A stretch of DNA of 60,500 nucleotides, filler included, from Fonticula-like sp. SCN 57-25 (GCA_001724245.1; 10 parts of 10 records of this genome joined end to end with filler, not necessarily neighbours in it), one strand, 5' to 3'. Counted from the whole stretch's first letter, positions 22,840-35,391 are shown. The notes: a model not told the origin generated them from the sequence alone. Made by a program: numbers and translations.

Positions 22840-25800
22840 CCTTCTGCTCATCGGTGTGTCCGGCGCCGGCAAGACGACGCTCACGCGCTTTGTCGCGTGG
22901 ATGACGGGTCTCTCCGTGTTCCAGCTCCGTGTGCATAACGGCTACACAATGGAGGACTTTGACGACGATCTGCGCAACGTTCTCCGCCGCGCGGGTTGCC
23001 GCGGCGAAAAGATCTGCTTCATCATGGATGAGGGCAACGTTCTTGACGCCGGTTTCCTCGAGCGTATCAACACGCTGCTCGCTAACGGTGAAGTGCCTGG
23101 TCTCTTTGACGGTGACGAGTATGGCGCCCTTATGACTCAGTGCAAGGAGGGCGCCCAGCGCGAGGGCCTGATGCTCGACTCGCCCGACGAGCTTTACAAG
23201 TGGTTCACCGCGCAGATCATGCGCAACCTCCACGTGGTGTTCACGATGAACCCGCCGGAGGGCGGTCTCGGTGGCCGCGCCGCCACGTCGCCCGCCCTGT
23301 TCAATCGTTGCGTTCTCGACTGGTTCGGCGATTGGTCCCCGCAGGCCTTCTACCAGGTCGGCCACGACTTCACCGACAAGCTCGACCTTGACCTCCCGTC
23401 GTACCGCGTGCCGGACTTTTTCCCGGTGGCGTACGCGGATCTCGCAAACCCGCCGACGCACCGCGATGCGATTATCAACGCCCTTGTGTATGTGCACTCG
23501 TCGTTGGCCGACGTCAACCTGCGCGTGGCCAAACGCCAAGGCCGTACCAACCACGTCACGCCGCGCCACTACCTCGACTTTATCCAGCACTACGTGCGCC
23601 TGTACAACATGAAGCGCGAGGAGCTTGAGGAGCAGCAGCTTCACCTGAACGTCGGTCTGAAGAAGCTGCGCGATACCTTTGACAACGTCGAGGAGCTTCA
23701 GCGCAGTCTTGCTGGCGTGAACGCCGAGCTCGAGCGCAAGAACATTGCTGCCAACGAGAAGCTCCAGGTGATGATCCAGGAGCAGCAGGAGGCCGAGCGC
23801 CGCAAGACTGCTTCGATTGATATCCAGCGTGCGGTCGAGGAGAAGGACCGCGAGATCGAGTCTCGCAAGAGCGTCGTCATGACTGATCTTGCCAAGGCCG
23901 AGCCCGCCGTTATCGAGGCGCAAACCGCTGTCAACGGCATTAAAAAGTCCCATCTTGTCGAGCTGCGTAGTATGGCGAACCCGCCCAAGCTGGTGCAGCT
24001 CGCGCTCGAATCCGTCTGCGTGCTGCTCGGAGAGAAGGGCGACCTGAACTGGAAGCTCATCCAGGCCGTCCTCCGTCGTGACGACTTTATCCCCAGCATC
24101 GTCAACTACGACACGGACAAGAACATGACGGAGTCGATGCGCACGCGCATCCGCACCCAGTACATGAAGGACCCCCAGTATACATTCGAGACGGTCAACC
24201 ACTCGTCCAAGGCTTGCGGTCCGCTTGTCCAGTGGGTTATTGCTCAAGTGTCGTACTCTGAGATCCTGACCAAGGTTGAGCCGCTCCGTAACGAGGTCAG
24301 CCAGCTCGAGGCCGATTCTCAGGGTGTTCGCATCCAGCTCGCCGAAGTCCAGCGTCTTGTTGGCGAGCTCGAGGCGTCCATTGCGCGCTACAAGGAGGAG
24401 TATGCCGTTCTCATTGCGGATACGCAGGCGCTCAAGGCCCAGATGGAGACTGTGCGCACCAAGGTGGAGCGCGCGACCAAGCTGCTCGGCTCGCTCACGT
24501 CGGAGCGTGCTCGCTGGGAGGACTCGTCGGCCACGTTTGGCTCGCAGATGGGCACGCTTACCGGCGACGCTCTTTTGTGCGCCGCGTTCCTGGCGTACGC
24601 CGGCTTCTTTGACCAGCAGCATCGCCACATCCTCTGGTCTCGCTGGACGGCGCACCTCAACGCGTCGGGCGTTCTGTTCAAGCAGGACCTCGCCGTCACC
24701 GAGTACCTGTCGTCAGCCGACACGCGCCTCGGATGGCAGTCGAACGGGCTCCCCGCCGACGACCTCGCCAACGAGAACGCCATCATGCTCTCGCGCTTCA
24801 ACCGCTACCCGCTCGTGATCGATCCGTCGGGTCAGGCGACCACCTTCCTCATCAACGAGTACAAGGACCGCAAGATTGCTCGCACGTCGTTCCTGGACAA
24901 GGCGTTCATCAAGACGCTCGAAGCGTCCCTGCGCTTTGGCACGCCGCTGCTTGTGGAGGATGTCGAGTCGATTGATCCTATCCTGAACCCGCTGCTGAAC
25001 AAGGAGCTGCGCAAGGCTGGCGGTCGTGTGCTTGTCCGCCTCGGCGCCAATGACATTGACTTTTCGCCGTCGTTCACGCTCATTCTCGCGACGCGCGATC
25101 CCACCGCCGCGTTCGGTCCCGATCTCTGCTCGCGTGTGACCTTTGTCAACTTTACGGTCACCCGCTCTTCCCTCCGCGCTCAGTGCCTGCACCGCGTGCT
25201 CAAGGCGGAGCGCCCCGACATTGAGCAGAAGCGCACGGATCTGCTTCGCATGCAGGGCGAGTTCCAGCTTCGCCTTCGCCATCTCGAGCGCTCTCTCCTT
25301 GATGCGCTCAACGCGTCCGAGGGCTCCATCCTCGAGAACGACAAGGTCATTGCCACGCTTGAAAAGCTCAAGTTTGAGGCCGCCGACATCAGCACAAAGA
25401 TGGCGGAGACCGAGGCCATCGCCGCCGAGGTCAATGAAGGCATGGCGACGTACACGCCGCTGGCGGCTGCTTGCTCGTCCGTTTACTTTGCGCTCGAGCA
25501 GCTCTCGCAGCTCCATCCGTTCTACCAGTACTCGCTCGACATGTTCTATCAGATCTTTGCGTTTGTCATGCAGGCGAACCCGCATCTGCAGGGCGTCACC
25601 GACCCGGCCAAGCGCCTGGAGATCCTTACCGCCGACCTCTTTGCTGTCGTGTACCAGCGCGTTTCCACCTCGCTGCACAACGCCGACCATATCACGCTCG
25701 CGGTGATTCTCGCCCGCGTTATGGCCCGCGCCTCCGCGGCCAGCAGCGCCTCTCGTGCCATCGCGGATGCCAGCAACCTCGCCTTTGGAAGCAGCGGCGC

Positions 25801-28168
25801 ATCCGGCGCTGCCGAAAAGGCCGCGTCGCTGCGTGCCGTTGATGAGGACGAGTACGACGAGCTCATTGCCCACGTCGAGGCCGGCGCGACTGCCGCGTCT
25901 GGACCGCTGATCCCGTCCGCGGTGGTCACCGTCGCCGCGCAGCTCAAGGTTGACGACGACGCGAGGGCTCGCCTTGCCAGCATCTCGCGCCTTGTATCCA
26001 TGTCGGGCCTCGTCGCGCACATTGCGGCGAACCCGTCGGACTGGGCGGCGTTCATGGACTCGAACGAGGCCGAGCTGGTCGTCCCGCTCTGCTGGTCTTC
26101 GCCGTCCGCCACGCACGAGGCCGTGAGCGACTTTGTGCGTCGCGCGCTCATCGTCAAGGCGCTTCGCCCCGACCGCCTCGTGGCGGCCAGCTACGGGATC
26201 TGCAACGCGCTCTTTGGCGAGGGTGTGTTGGACGCTGCCGAGCAGCAGACGCGCCTGCGCACCACCGTCGAGAGCGAGATTATGGCCAACACGCCCGTTG
26301 CGCTGTGCAGCGTTGCCGGCTTGGACGCGTCCTTCCGCGTGGACCAGCTTGCGCGCGACAAGAACGTGCCGCTGACGTCGGTCGCCATTGGTTCCGCCGA
26401 GGGCTTTGCTCAGAGCGACCAGGCGATTGCCGCCGCCGCCGCCAACGGTAGCTGGGTGATGCTCAAGAACGTTCACCTCGCCCCGCAGTGGCTCGTCACC
26501 CTTGAGAAGCGCCTTCACGCGCTCCGCCCTCACCCTCAGTTCCGCCTGTTCTTTACGACTGAGATTTTGCCGACGGTGCCCTCGTCCATCCTGCGTCTGT
26601 CTCGCATCTTTTTGTACGAGCGCCCGCCTGGTGTGCGTGCGAACCTGCTCGAGACGCTCGCCTCAGTTCCGTCGGAGCGCGCTGCCCGCGTGCCTGTTGA
26701 GCGCGCTCGCCTGTTCTTCCAGCTCGCCTGGCTGCACGCCGTTGTGCAGGAGCGCCTGCGCTACGCGCCGATGGGCTGGACCAAGGTGTACGAGTTCAAC
26801 GACGCCGACCGCCGCAGCGCTATCGACGTCATTGACACGTGGGTGGACCAAGTGGCCGCGGGCCGCACCAACATTGCCCCGGACCGCATTCCGTGGGCCG
26901 CCCTGCGCACCATCCTGTCGCAGAGCATCTACGGTGGCCGCATCGACAACGAGTTTGACCAGAAGACGCTCGAGTCGTTCCTCGCTAGCACGTTTGCGGC
27001 CGAGGCGTACGGCGGTGACTATGCGCTTGCCAGCGACAGCACCGGCGACGAGAAGCTCGTTGTCCGCGCGCCCGAGGGCACCAACCTGCAGGCGTTTGCC
27101 TCGTGGGTGGCGGGCTTGCCTGATCACCAGCCGCCGACGTGGATTGGCCTGCCGCCGGACGCGGACGACGTTCTGCTCGTGGCGCAGGGCTGGTCGCTCC
27201 TCAGCAAGCTCCGCACCATGAAGGGCCTCGACGAGGAGGAGGAAGCGCCGGCGACCGAGGTGCTCGGCGGCAAGCCCAAGGAGACCAAGGCGAAGAAGGC
27301 CGACGTCGCGCAGCCGTTGTGGATGGCCTCTGTGGGCCGCAACGCTGCCGAGTGGCTTGCTCTCCTGCCCAAGGATGTTGCCGTGCTGGCGCGCGGCGCT
27401 GACCAGATGAAGGACCCTATCTACCGCTGCATCGAGCGCGAGGCCCGCAACGGCCGCCGCCTTCTGCAGCGCGTGCGCAAGGATCTTTCCGACGTGATTG
27501 CTGTTTGCGAGGGTCGCATGAAGCAGACGAACCACCTCCGCTCGCTCCTGACCGACATTGTCAAGATGGCGATTCCTCGCCACTGGCGCTCGGTGTACAA
27601 GGTCCCGAACGGCACGCCGCTGTCGCAGTGGATCGGCGACTGCGCCGTCCGCGTTGAGCAGCTCGACACACTCGCGAAGCAGCTGCCCGCGCAGATGACG
27701 TTGCCCACTGGCCTCTCTGGCATGGTCATCTGGCTCGGCGGCCTTCTCGCCCCCGAGGCGTACATCACCGCCACCCGCCAGGCTGTGGCGCAGGCGAACC
27801 AATGGTCGCTCGAGGAGCTCTCGCTCGGTCTGCAGCTCGCCGACGTCAGCGATGTCAGCGCGCCGACCGCCGTCAAGAACTCGTTCCTCCTGAGCGGCCT
27901 CCGCCTTGAGGGCGCGTCCCTGCCTGGCGGCCAGCTCAAGCCGGGCCAGTCGGCGCCGACCAAGCTCCCCGTCATGCGCCTCGTCTGGACCCACAAGGAG
28001 GCGGGCAAGGAGACCAAGCCCGTCGAGAACGGCGTCTTGCTGCCCGTGTACCTCAACGCGGCGCGCGCCGACATTCTCTTTGCCACTGAGCTGCCTTCGC
28101 AGGCGTCCGCCAGCGTCGTGTACCAGCGCGGCATCGCCCTCACGGCTTCTTCGCTCAAGGGCATGTAG
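22840..28168 (+). CDS. DYNC1H1: Cytoplasmic dynein-1 heavy chain, C-terminal portion (AAA4, stalk, AAA5, AAA6, C-terminal cap); 5' truncated
   Basis: LLLIGVSGAGKTTLTRFVAW, NLHVVFTMNP, ATSPALFNRC, RYPLVIDPSGQA, WVMLKNVHLAPQWL, YGGRIDN, PVYLN; one uninterrupted 5.3-kb ORF. Confidence 0.98.
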
Positions 28169-28287
28169 AGGTTGGACAGACCACCATNNNNNNNNNNNNN
28201 NNNNNNNNNNNNNNNNNNNNNNNNNNNNNNNTTAATTAATTAANNNNNNNNNNNNNNNNNNNNNNNNNNNNNNNNNNNNNNNNNNNN

Positions 28288-30802
28288 AAGGTACCTATGA
28301 TGAGCTTTCGAAAAGAGAAGGTGGCGAACTGAAAAGACTACTTGATGAGTACAATCTTCATAAACATGAAGTAGAAGAGAAGCAACCAGAGCAAGACAAG
28401 GAAAAGACAAGTTTGACTGAAAAGAAGGAAGAAAGCCCTGAAAATTCTGGAAAATTAATTCAAGATGAAGAGCTTGCACGTGGAGTTGTGTCACTACGTG
28501 TGTTATGGAATTACACTTGGAAAATGGGTGGACCAATTATTATTCTCCTCATTCTATCCTTTTTCCTTCTCGCGCAAGCAGGATTGGTGCTAACGGATTG
28601 GTGGCTAGCCCAGTGGTCTGCCAATTCATTTGCATCCTTCACATATAACCACTATTTGGGAATCTATATAGGTTTAGGAGCAGTAGCTATTTTTGCAATA
28701 TTTTTTAGAGATTTTTGTCTGCAATCCTTTGCATTACTGGCTGCCTTTCGCCTCCATGTTGCCATGTTCAAGCGCGTCATTCGAGCACCTGCACCTTTCT
28801 TCGATGTATGTTGAAACTGTTGAAAAAGGAGTGACTGCAATACTAACTGTTTTGGTTCTTTGATCACTGAACATGTTATAGGTCACTCCATTGGGTAGAA
28901 TCTTGGCACGATTTTCGAAAGATCAAGAAAATGCAGATTCTACTTTTATTGCTGGCGTGTCTCAAACAATCAATGCCATCTTCCAAGTTTTAGGTGCTCT
29001 TGCTGTGATGATTTACGCTTCGTTTGTATTGTAGTGCGAGTCACACTAACTTGTTTCGTGCAACAGATACTGGTTTATTATTCCGATGGTTCCAGTTATC
29101 CTCGTGTATCTTGCAGTTGTAACAATTTATAGGAACAATGCCAGAGAATTGAAGCGTTTGGATGCCGTAAAAAGATCACCTCTGTTTGCCCACTTTGCAG
29201 AATCCATGGTTGGCATTCCCACCATTCGTTCTTACAATGCGGATGAGCGTTTCAAGAGTATCACGCGTGAAAAGATTGATGACCACGTCAGTGTACTGTT
29301 TATCGAATACCAATCTCGTATCTGGATGATGGGTAGACTGGATTTTCTTGGATCCTTGTTAGTGGCAGCCTCTGGTTTCCTGATTTTAGCAATGAAGAAT
29401 CAAATTTCAGTGAGCGTTGCTGGCCTTGGATTCACCTATGCCATTCAAATCACTGCATTTCTGAGCTGGGCTGTTCTTCAATTCTCTGAAGCAGAAGCTA
29501 ATTTGAGCTGTATTGAACGAATTCTTCATTATTCCAACAGTATTCCGAATGAAGCACCTGCTATTATTCACGAGAAGCGCCCTACAAGCAACTGGCCAGA
29601 TAGAGGTGGTATTTCATTCAACAGTTTTTCGATGCGCTACAGACCAAACTTACCACTTGTGCTCAAAAATTTGACAATTGATATCAAACCTGGAGAAAAG
29701 GTACGCTTTTGTGATGATTTTGTTGTGCACGGAATTAACTTGACTACCGAAATACTACTGGATTGTTCAGATTGGAATTGTTGGACGGACTGGTGGAGGA
29801 AAGAGTTCAATGATGGTAAGTTTGTTTTGGGTATCGGTTCGGTTTCGCTCATACCACTTGGATTAGCTTGCCTTGTTTCGCTTCGTGGAGGCAGCAGAGG
29901 GAAACATTTCCATTGACGGGATCGATATTTCCACAATCGGTTTACAAGATTTACGACGGAAGATTGCCATTATTCCCCAAGAGCCAGTCTTGTTCAGTGG
30001 AACTGTTCGAAGCAACCTGGACCCGTTCAATGAGTACAGTGACCAACATTTGTGGAGCTGCTTGGAAAAGGCTCACATCCTCAAGGATATCGAGGCTCTC
30101 CCTAGCAAGCTTGACAACATTGTGACGGAGAATGGAGACAATTTTTCAGTGGGACAGAGACAGTTGCTCTGTCTAGCAAGGGCCCTCACTAAACAGACCA
30201 AGATTTTGATCATGGACGAAGTTACAGCGAACTTGGATTACGAATGCGACGCATTGATTCAACGTACAGTGCGTGATGAGTTTGCATCCTGCACTCGCTT
30301 GACCATTGCGCATCGATTGAACACGATTGTTGATAGTGACCGAATCCTAGTCTTGGACAAGGGAAGTTTAGCCGAATTTGACACACCACTTGCATTGATT
30401 AGCAACGAACATTCGATTTTCACAAGCATGGTCAATGAAACAGGGTCTGCGAACGCAGCACTCCTTAAACGAATTGTGCAGGACCGTGAGAAACTATCCA
30501 CACAGCAATTAGTGGAATTGCAATTGGAAATGGGACATTGCAAAGATGAACAACAGAAACAAGATGAACATCAGATACAGAAGCAAGGTGAACAACAAAT
30601 ACAGAAACAAGGCGAGCAACTAACACATTCACAAGACAAGCAAACACAGAAACAAGATGAACAACAGATACATCTCCAAGATGAACAACAAACACATCTC
30701 CAAGACGAACAGATACATCCACAGATACGAGAGCAAGAAGGACTGGAACTGGAAGTGAGCGAGCATAAAAATGCTGATAACGAGAATGGAAGGAGCGAGT
30801 AG
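28288..30802 (+). CDS. ABCC/MRP transporter, TMD2 and NBD2, with Gln-rich repeat tail; 5' truncated
   Basis: TPLGRILARFSKD, RELKRLD, Walker A GRTGGGKSS, NFSVGQRQLLCLARAL, ILIMDEVTAN, TIAHRLNT; four introns. Confidence 0.95.
30541..30730 (+). repeat. ~24-nt coding repeats (QDEQQIQK/QGEQQIQK)
   Basis: Repeated CAAGATGAACAACA... units in the ABCC tail. Confidence 0.7.
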
Positions 30803-30934
30803 CCAAGACAAGAAGAAAGTATCTATTGTACAAAATGCCGGGATAATAGTTAAAAGCATTACTCATGCAGTTTTAAAAATCACATGTGAACTCAATGGGC
30901 AGCAAATAAGGGCAGGCAGACAGGCAATTTGTCT

Positions 30935-31990
30935 CTAATCCAATTGGAGTGCCTCTTGATCCTTTAGCATCTTTAACACTGTTGGTTTGCCCACGCCACA
31001 GAGGTCGCAGATTTCATCTGGAGTGCCTGGTTCCTTTGGAAACTTCTTTTGCGTGAGAATCAATGCAGCTGCAGCAACAGTTCCAGCCCTGTGACTCGAG
31101 TAATGTGCACCAAGCAGCCTCGCTCGCTTTGCAGCCTCCACGGTTGCCTTACTGCTCCACTTTAGCTGCGAGCAGATTCTTCGCGAGAACTCTGCCTTCC
31201 CCTCACTCGTACCATGAGCAGCAACTGTTGCCAACTGTGGTGCAGCAGCAGATGTCTGGTTCTGCATCAGCGACATTTTAGCATCTCCAGTAGTAGTAGT
31301 AGTAGCACCCTCTGCCCCGAGTGTTGGTATTGGCTGCGCTGTCTCGTTCCTAATCTGCGCGTAGACCCTGATTGCCTTTGAGAAGAGCTTCGAGCTCAAA
31401 TCCCATCCGACTGATTCCTTTGCAGCCATTGTCATCTCGCCAATCTCTCTCGGCACTGCGCTCTCCTTGCTCGAGTGATAGAGGGCCACCAGCGCGAGCG
31501 CCTCGAGTGCCCTCGCGTTGCGCTTCTTCCTCACAGCGGCCGTGAGGAACTTTTCGTGCGCAAGAATGACAATGTTCTCGCCGAAGCCGAGATTCGCAGC
31601 AATGTTCTTCATGTCCCTGCAGTAGCGACGGTACGTGTCGCCGCTCTTCTTCACCAGCTCCACCTGCGATTCTTGCTGTGTTGAAGAGGAGGAAGAGGCA
31701 TGGTTGCGCAGCTGCAGGCGCGTCGGCGCGTCGGAACCCGTGCCACTCACAATGGTGGTGGTGGTTCGGTGGCTGTAGAGCGCCTCCACGAGTGGGCTCG
31801 CGTAGCTGCGCTCCTTGGCCTCGCCGCGTTTATTCGAAATGTCCTCAGGTTCGTGCACCGCGGCATCCGCGTACGAGTAGTTCTGGTCGTCCACCACGGT
31901 CCCGCACTGCGAGCACGTCGCGGCGTTCTCGTTCCCGCCGACGAAATTCTCCACACCGGCGCCACATGAGGGGCAGGTTCGGTGCGACAT
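30935..31990 (-). CDS. Divergent TFIIB-family protein, intronless
   Basis: Zn ribbon CPSC-x16-CSQC; cyclin repeat 1 ALALVALYHSSKESAVPREIGEM; repeat 2 FSRRICSQL...TVAAAALI...EICDLCGVGKPTV. Confidence 0.8.
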   Translation of the reverse strand: MSHRTCPSCGAGVENFVGGNENAATCSQCGTVVDDQNYSYADAAVHEPEDISNKRGEAKERSYASPLVEALYSHRTTTTIVSGTGSDAPTRLQLRNHASSSSSTQQESQVELVKKSGDTYRRYCRDMKNIAANLGFGENIVILAHEKFLTAAVRKKRNARALEALALVALYHSSKESAVPREIGEMTMAAKESVGWDLSSKLFSKAIRVYAQIRNETAQPIPTLGAEGATTTTTGDAKMSLMQNQTSAAAPQLATVAAHGTSEGKAEFSRRICSQLKWSSKATVEAAKRARLLGAHYSSHRAGTVAAAALILTQKKFPKEPGTPDEICDLCGVGKPTVLKMLKDQEALQLD

Positions 31991-33730
31991 TTGCGCAATT
32001 TTTGAACAACTCGGAAAGGTTGACTTGGTTAAATTTGCGTCAATTTTTTGTGTGGTGCCCTGTGGTGTTGTGAGACTGTGTGCAAGATGCAACAATTTTG
32101 CTCCAAACCAGGTGAGGCTTTGTGTAAACAATTTACATAAAACAATTTTCCTCACAGGTGAGGCTTTTTAAAATTTTATGTACAACAAATTACATCTCGG
32201 TTGCGTGTGTTCTACAAGCTGCTTGAGAGGCTGTTTCGCTTCTAATGAACCTCGTTTTCGCAATCTTATCCACACAAACACTGGATATACCATTCTCATA
32301 ATGTACCATCATCTTATTATCTCATCATCATCATGTACCATGTACCATTTCATCATCATCTTATTATCTCATCATCGTGTACCATCTCATCATCATCATT
32401 TACCATCTCATCATTTACCATGCACCATCTCATCATCATGTGGCAGTAAACACGCATGCACACACACACATCACAACTACTATCTTACAATCCTTCTATT
32501 GTCATCATAAACGCGTCATAAATTTGAGTCGCTCTTCATGGCGCAGTTGGAGACTGTTGCGTAGTTGCTGTTGCAGCTGTTGCAGCGCTGCGATTGCCCT
32601 GGATTGCTTGTTGCCCAGGATTCCACTGGCATGAACAGTCCGCTGGGAGTCGAAAGCTCTGCAACAATAGGTGAGAGCGAGGGCGCAACTGTCGACCACG
32701 CTGTACGCGATGATTAGCACGAGAGAGCACTGAACTATCAGAAGCAGTGCCAACACGTATAGAACGCATGTGAACATCTCTCTCATTCTGTTTTTTGTTC
32801 CGGTCTTTCTGTGCTTCCACTGGCAATTGTTTCAGCTGTGAGATTTCTTGTTTTTGTTGCTGTGATTGTTCTTGTGCTACTGCTGTGATTGTTCTTGTTT
32901 GTTTTTGTTATTATTACTCTTGTGCTACTGCTGTGCTTGTTCTTATTCTTGCTATGATTACTCTTGTATTGCTGTGATTCGTATTATTATTATTGGTTGC
33001 GGTGGTGTTGTCCCAATTGTTGACGGTAGTGGGTCACACAATTGCTAAAAAGTGATTGGTTAGCTAGGATCTCTAAAGTCCGCTCATCTATCTATAAATA
33101 CATTTCTATGAGTTGACACGTACATGTAGCTCTGAACCTCACCTCACAAACACTTGCAATCCAAGTATCCATTGATTGGAAACATGTAAATTCAGCTATT
33201 GTAGTCCCATGTTTAGATTCTGGCAAACATACTTTAATAACGTAATAAACCCAGTGATTTATTGCTTTTTCTTCCACCCCCGGAATGTATTGTTTCCATT
33301 TGTCTTGGATGAGTTTCAAATATTTGCAAATGCTTGGTGATAAGTGCCTCACGAACACAAACATAACAATGATAGTCAATAAGTTGAGCTCAAAGAGGAG
33401 GGCCATTGTTATGTTTGTGTTCGTTCTTCTACTTACCCCCAAGTGCCATTGCAAGTATTAAAACAGAAACTCGCTACGCCCAAGAAATGGGTTTTACTCA
33501 CCGAGGTGCTGGTACCAGATTACTGTGGAGTAAAATCGGATCGTCGATCTTTGCCCCTGGGACGCTTTGCCCTGGGGCGACCTTCGTCGTCTCTGTTGTC
33601 TCCTCTGTTGTCTCCTCTGTTGTCTCCTCTNNNNNNNNNNNNNNNNNNNNNNNNNNNNNNNNNNNNNNNNNNNNTTAATTAATTAANNNNNNNNNNNNNN
33701 NNNNNNNNNNNNNNNNNNNNNNNNNNNNNN

Positions 33731-35319
33731 ACTTGATACCGTCAAAGGTCAACGAAGCGGTCGCCTCCTCGGGCGTCCTAAACTAATAACGGCCACGTGC
33801 ATGTCAGTCTCGTCCAATCAGAAACAAGATAAATGTACCTCGACAAAGGCAAAGTTCTTTTCGTGGTTGATCTGGACGGCGATGATCGGGTTCTCGGCCG
33901 AAGTGTTGAGCTGGCTGTCGACCATCGCTTGGTTCATAAACGTCATGATTTCCTGCTAAAGAATGGGAAAAAGAGAAGAAATTGAAGAAATATGATAAAA
34001 AATGATATAAAAATGATATAAAAACATCCAAAAACAAGTCAAAAACAAGTCAAAATCACCATTACCAATACCAATACCAAATTCAACCCAATACCAAAGT
34101 CAAAAAAATGTCGTTAGAATCTTCCACGTGGCCATTATACTTTCGCACCTCTGACACTGCGTAAGGAATATTGCCGACGTAGATGCGCCTCGCCTGCCTC
34201 ACCGGATGCGCCTCGCCTGCCTCACCGCGTTCGCATTGACCGTCGTCGGGATCGAGTCGCGCATGATCACGGGCAGCTCAGTCGACGCGCCCATTCCCGC
34301 ACGCGAGGCGAGGCCAGGGAACATGTGCGGCATTGTGAGTGCCGAGACGGGCTGCGTGCCGGGGCGGATGACGCCCATCTGCTGCAGCTGCTGCACAGTC
34401 ATGCCCTCGCAGCCGGGCGGCGGGAGGTCCCAGTAGGTGACGCTGCGCTCGCGCTTGTCGAGGGGGACGGCGGGCTCGGTCGACTCGGGCGAAGCATCTA
34501 ATTTGCGTCAGAAATGGAAAGGAAAAGAAAGAATAAAGTTGTGTGGCAATGCCTGGACAACTGAGCATGTAAGGCAAAGACGTACCGCGGCGAGAGGAGC
34601 GATCGGCATCGCGGTAGCGGTCATCGCGGCGATCGCGGCCGCCGCGGTCACGGTAGCGGTCGCGGTCGTCGCGGCGGTCGTCACGGCGGCGGTCATCACG
34701 GCGGTCGTCACGGCGGTCGTCGCGGCGGTCGTCACGGCGGTCGTCGCGGCGGCGATCATCACGGTCATCACGGCGGCGATCATCGCGGTCATCACGACGG
34801 CGATCGTCACGGCGATCATCGCGGCGATCATCACGGCGGTCATCGCGACGGTCATCGCGGCGCTCGTATCTGTCGTCGCGGCGCTCGTACCTGTCGTCGC
34901 GGCGCCCGCGGTCGCGATCCCGGTCGTCGCGGTGGCGGTCATCGCGGTGGCGATCGTCGCGATGGCGGTCGTCGCGGTGCCTGTCATGGTCGCGCGGGTC
35001 ACTGGACAAAAGTCAGCCAAACGAAAGGGAAAGTAAAGTATGCGGAACATACCGCTCATGGTGACGGCTCTGTTCGGCAGTGTTCCTGCAAAGTGAAAGA
35101 GCGCAAAGGAAAGAAACGGCGGCGTGTTAGAGGCGGCCTTTCCCTCAACCGGCGTGATGCAAAGAAAGGGGCGTACGGCTGCGCATCGGCGGGGGGCGCG
35201 TAGCCAAACTGCTGCGAGGCGGCGGCCGCGGCGGCGGCAGCGGCGTACTGCGCGTAGTCTGCCTGCTGCTGCATGTAGAGCTGCTGCATCGCATCCGCGC
35301 TCGGCGGAGGGTAGCTCAT
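33731..35319 (-). CDS. U2AF2: Splicing factor U2AF large subunit (U2AF65); 3' truncated; contains a 23-nt tandem duplication
   Basis: RD-rich N-terminus, ULM-like YWDLPPPGCEG, RRM1 RQARRIYVGNIP and INHEKNFAFVEF; multiple introns. Confidence 0.92.
34600..35000 (-). repeat. Arg-Asp (DDRR)n coding repeat
   Basis: Tandem CGCCGYGAYGAY-type units encoding RRDD. Confidence 0.85.
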
Positions 35320-35375
35320 GATGGCGGCAGGCGGAGAAGGCAAAGTCGCGCGTTCGATAGGAGAAATCGCACCCT

Positions 35376-35391
35376 AAATCGCATGCGATTT
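35376..35391. promoter_or_regulatory. Palindromic promoter motif AAATCGCATGCGATTT upstream of U2AF65
   Basis: Perfect 16-bp palindrome 57 bp upstream of the ATG; identical copy at 37634-37649, partial copy at 36514-36525. Confidence 0.6.

Noticed and set aside
22784-27994. Long antisense ORFs (623, 606 and 443 aa) opposite dynein
   Set aside because: Expected shadow ORFs from high GC3 codon bias; no recognisable motifs
32160-33630. Low-complexity CAT/TGT tracts, short ORFs and a 12-bp GTCTCCTCTGTT repeat at the contig end
   Set aside because: No supportable gene or element; may be decayed sequence
34437-35036. Hydrophobic (VTAAV)n ORF on the + strand
   Set aside because: Antisense reading of the U2AF65 RD repeat
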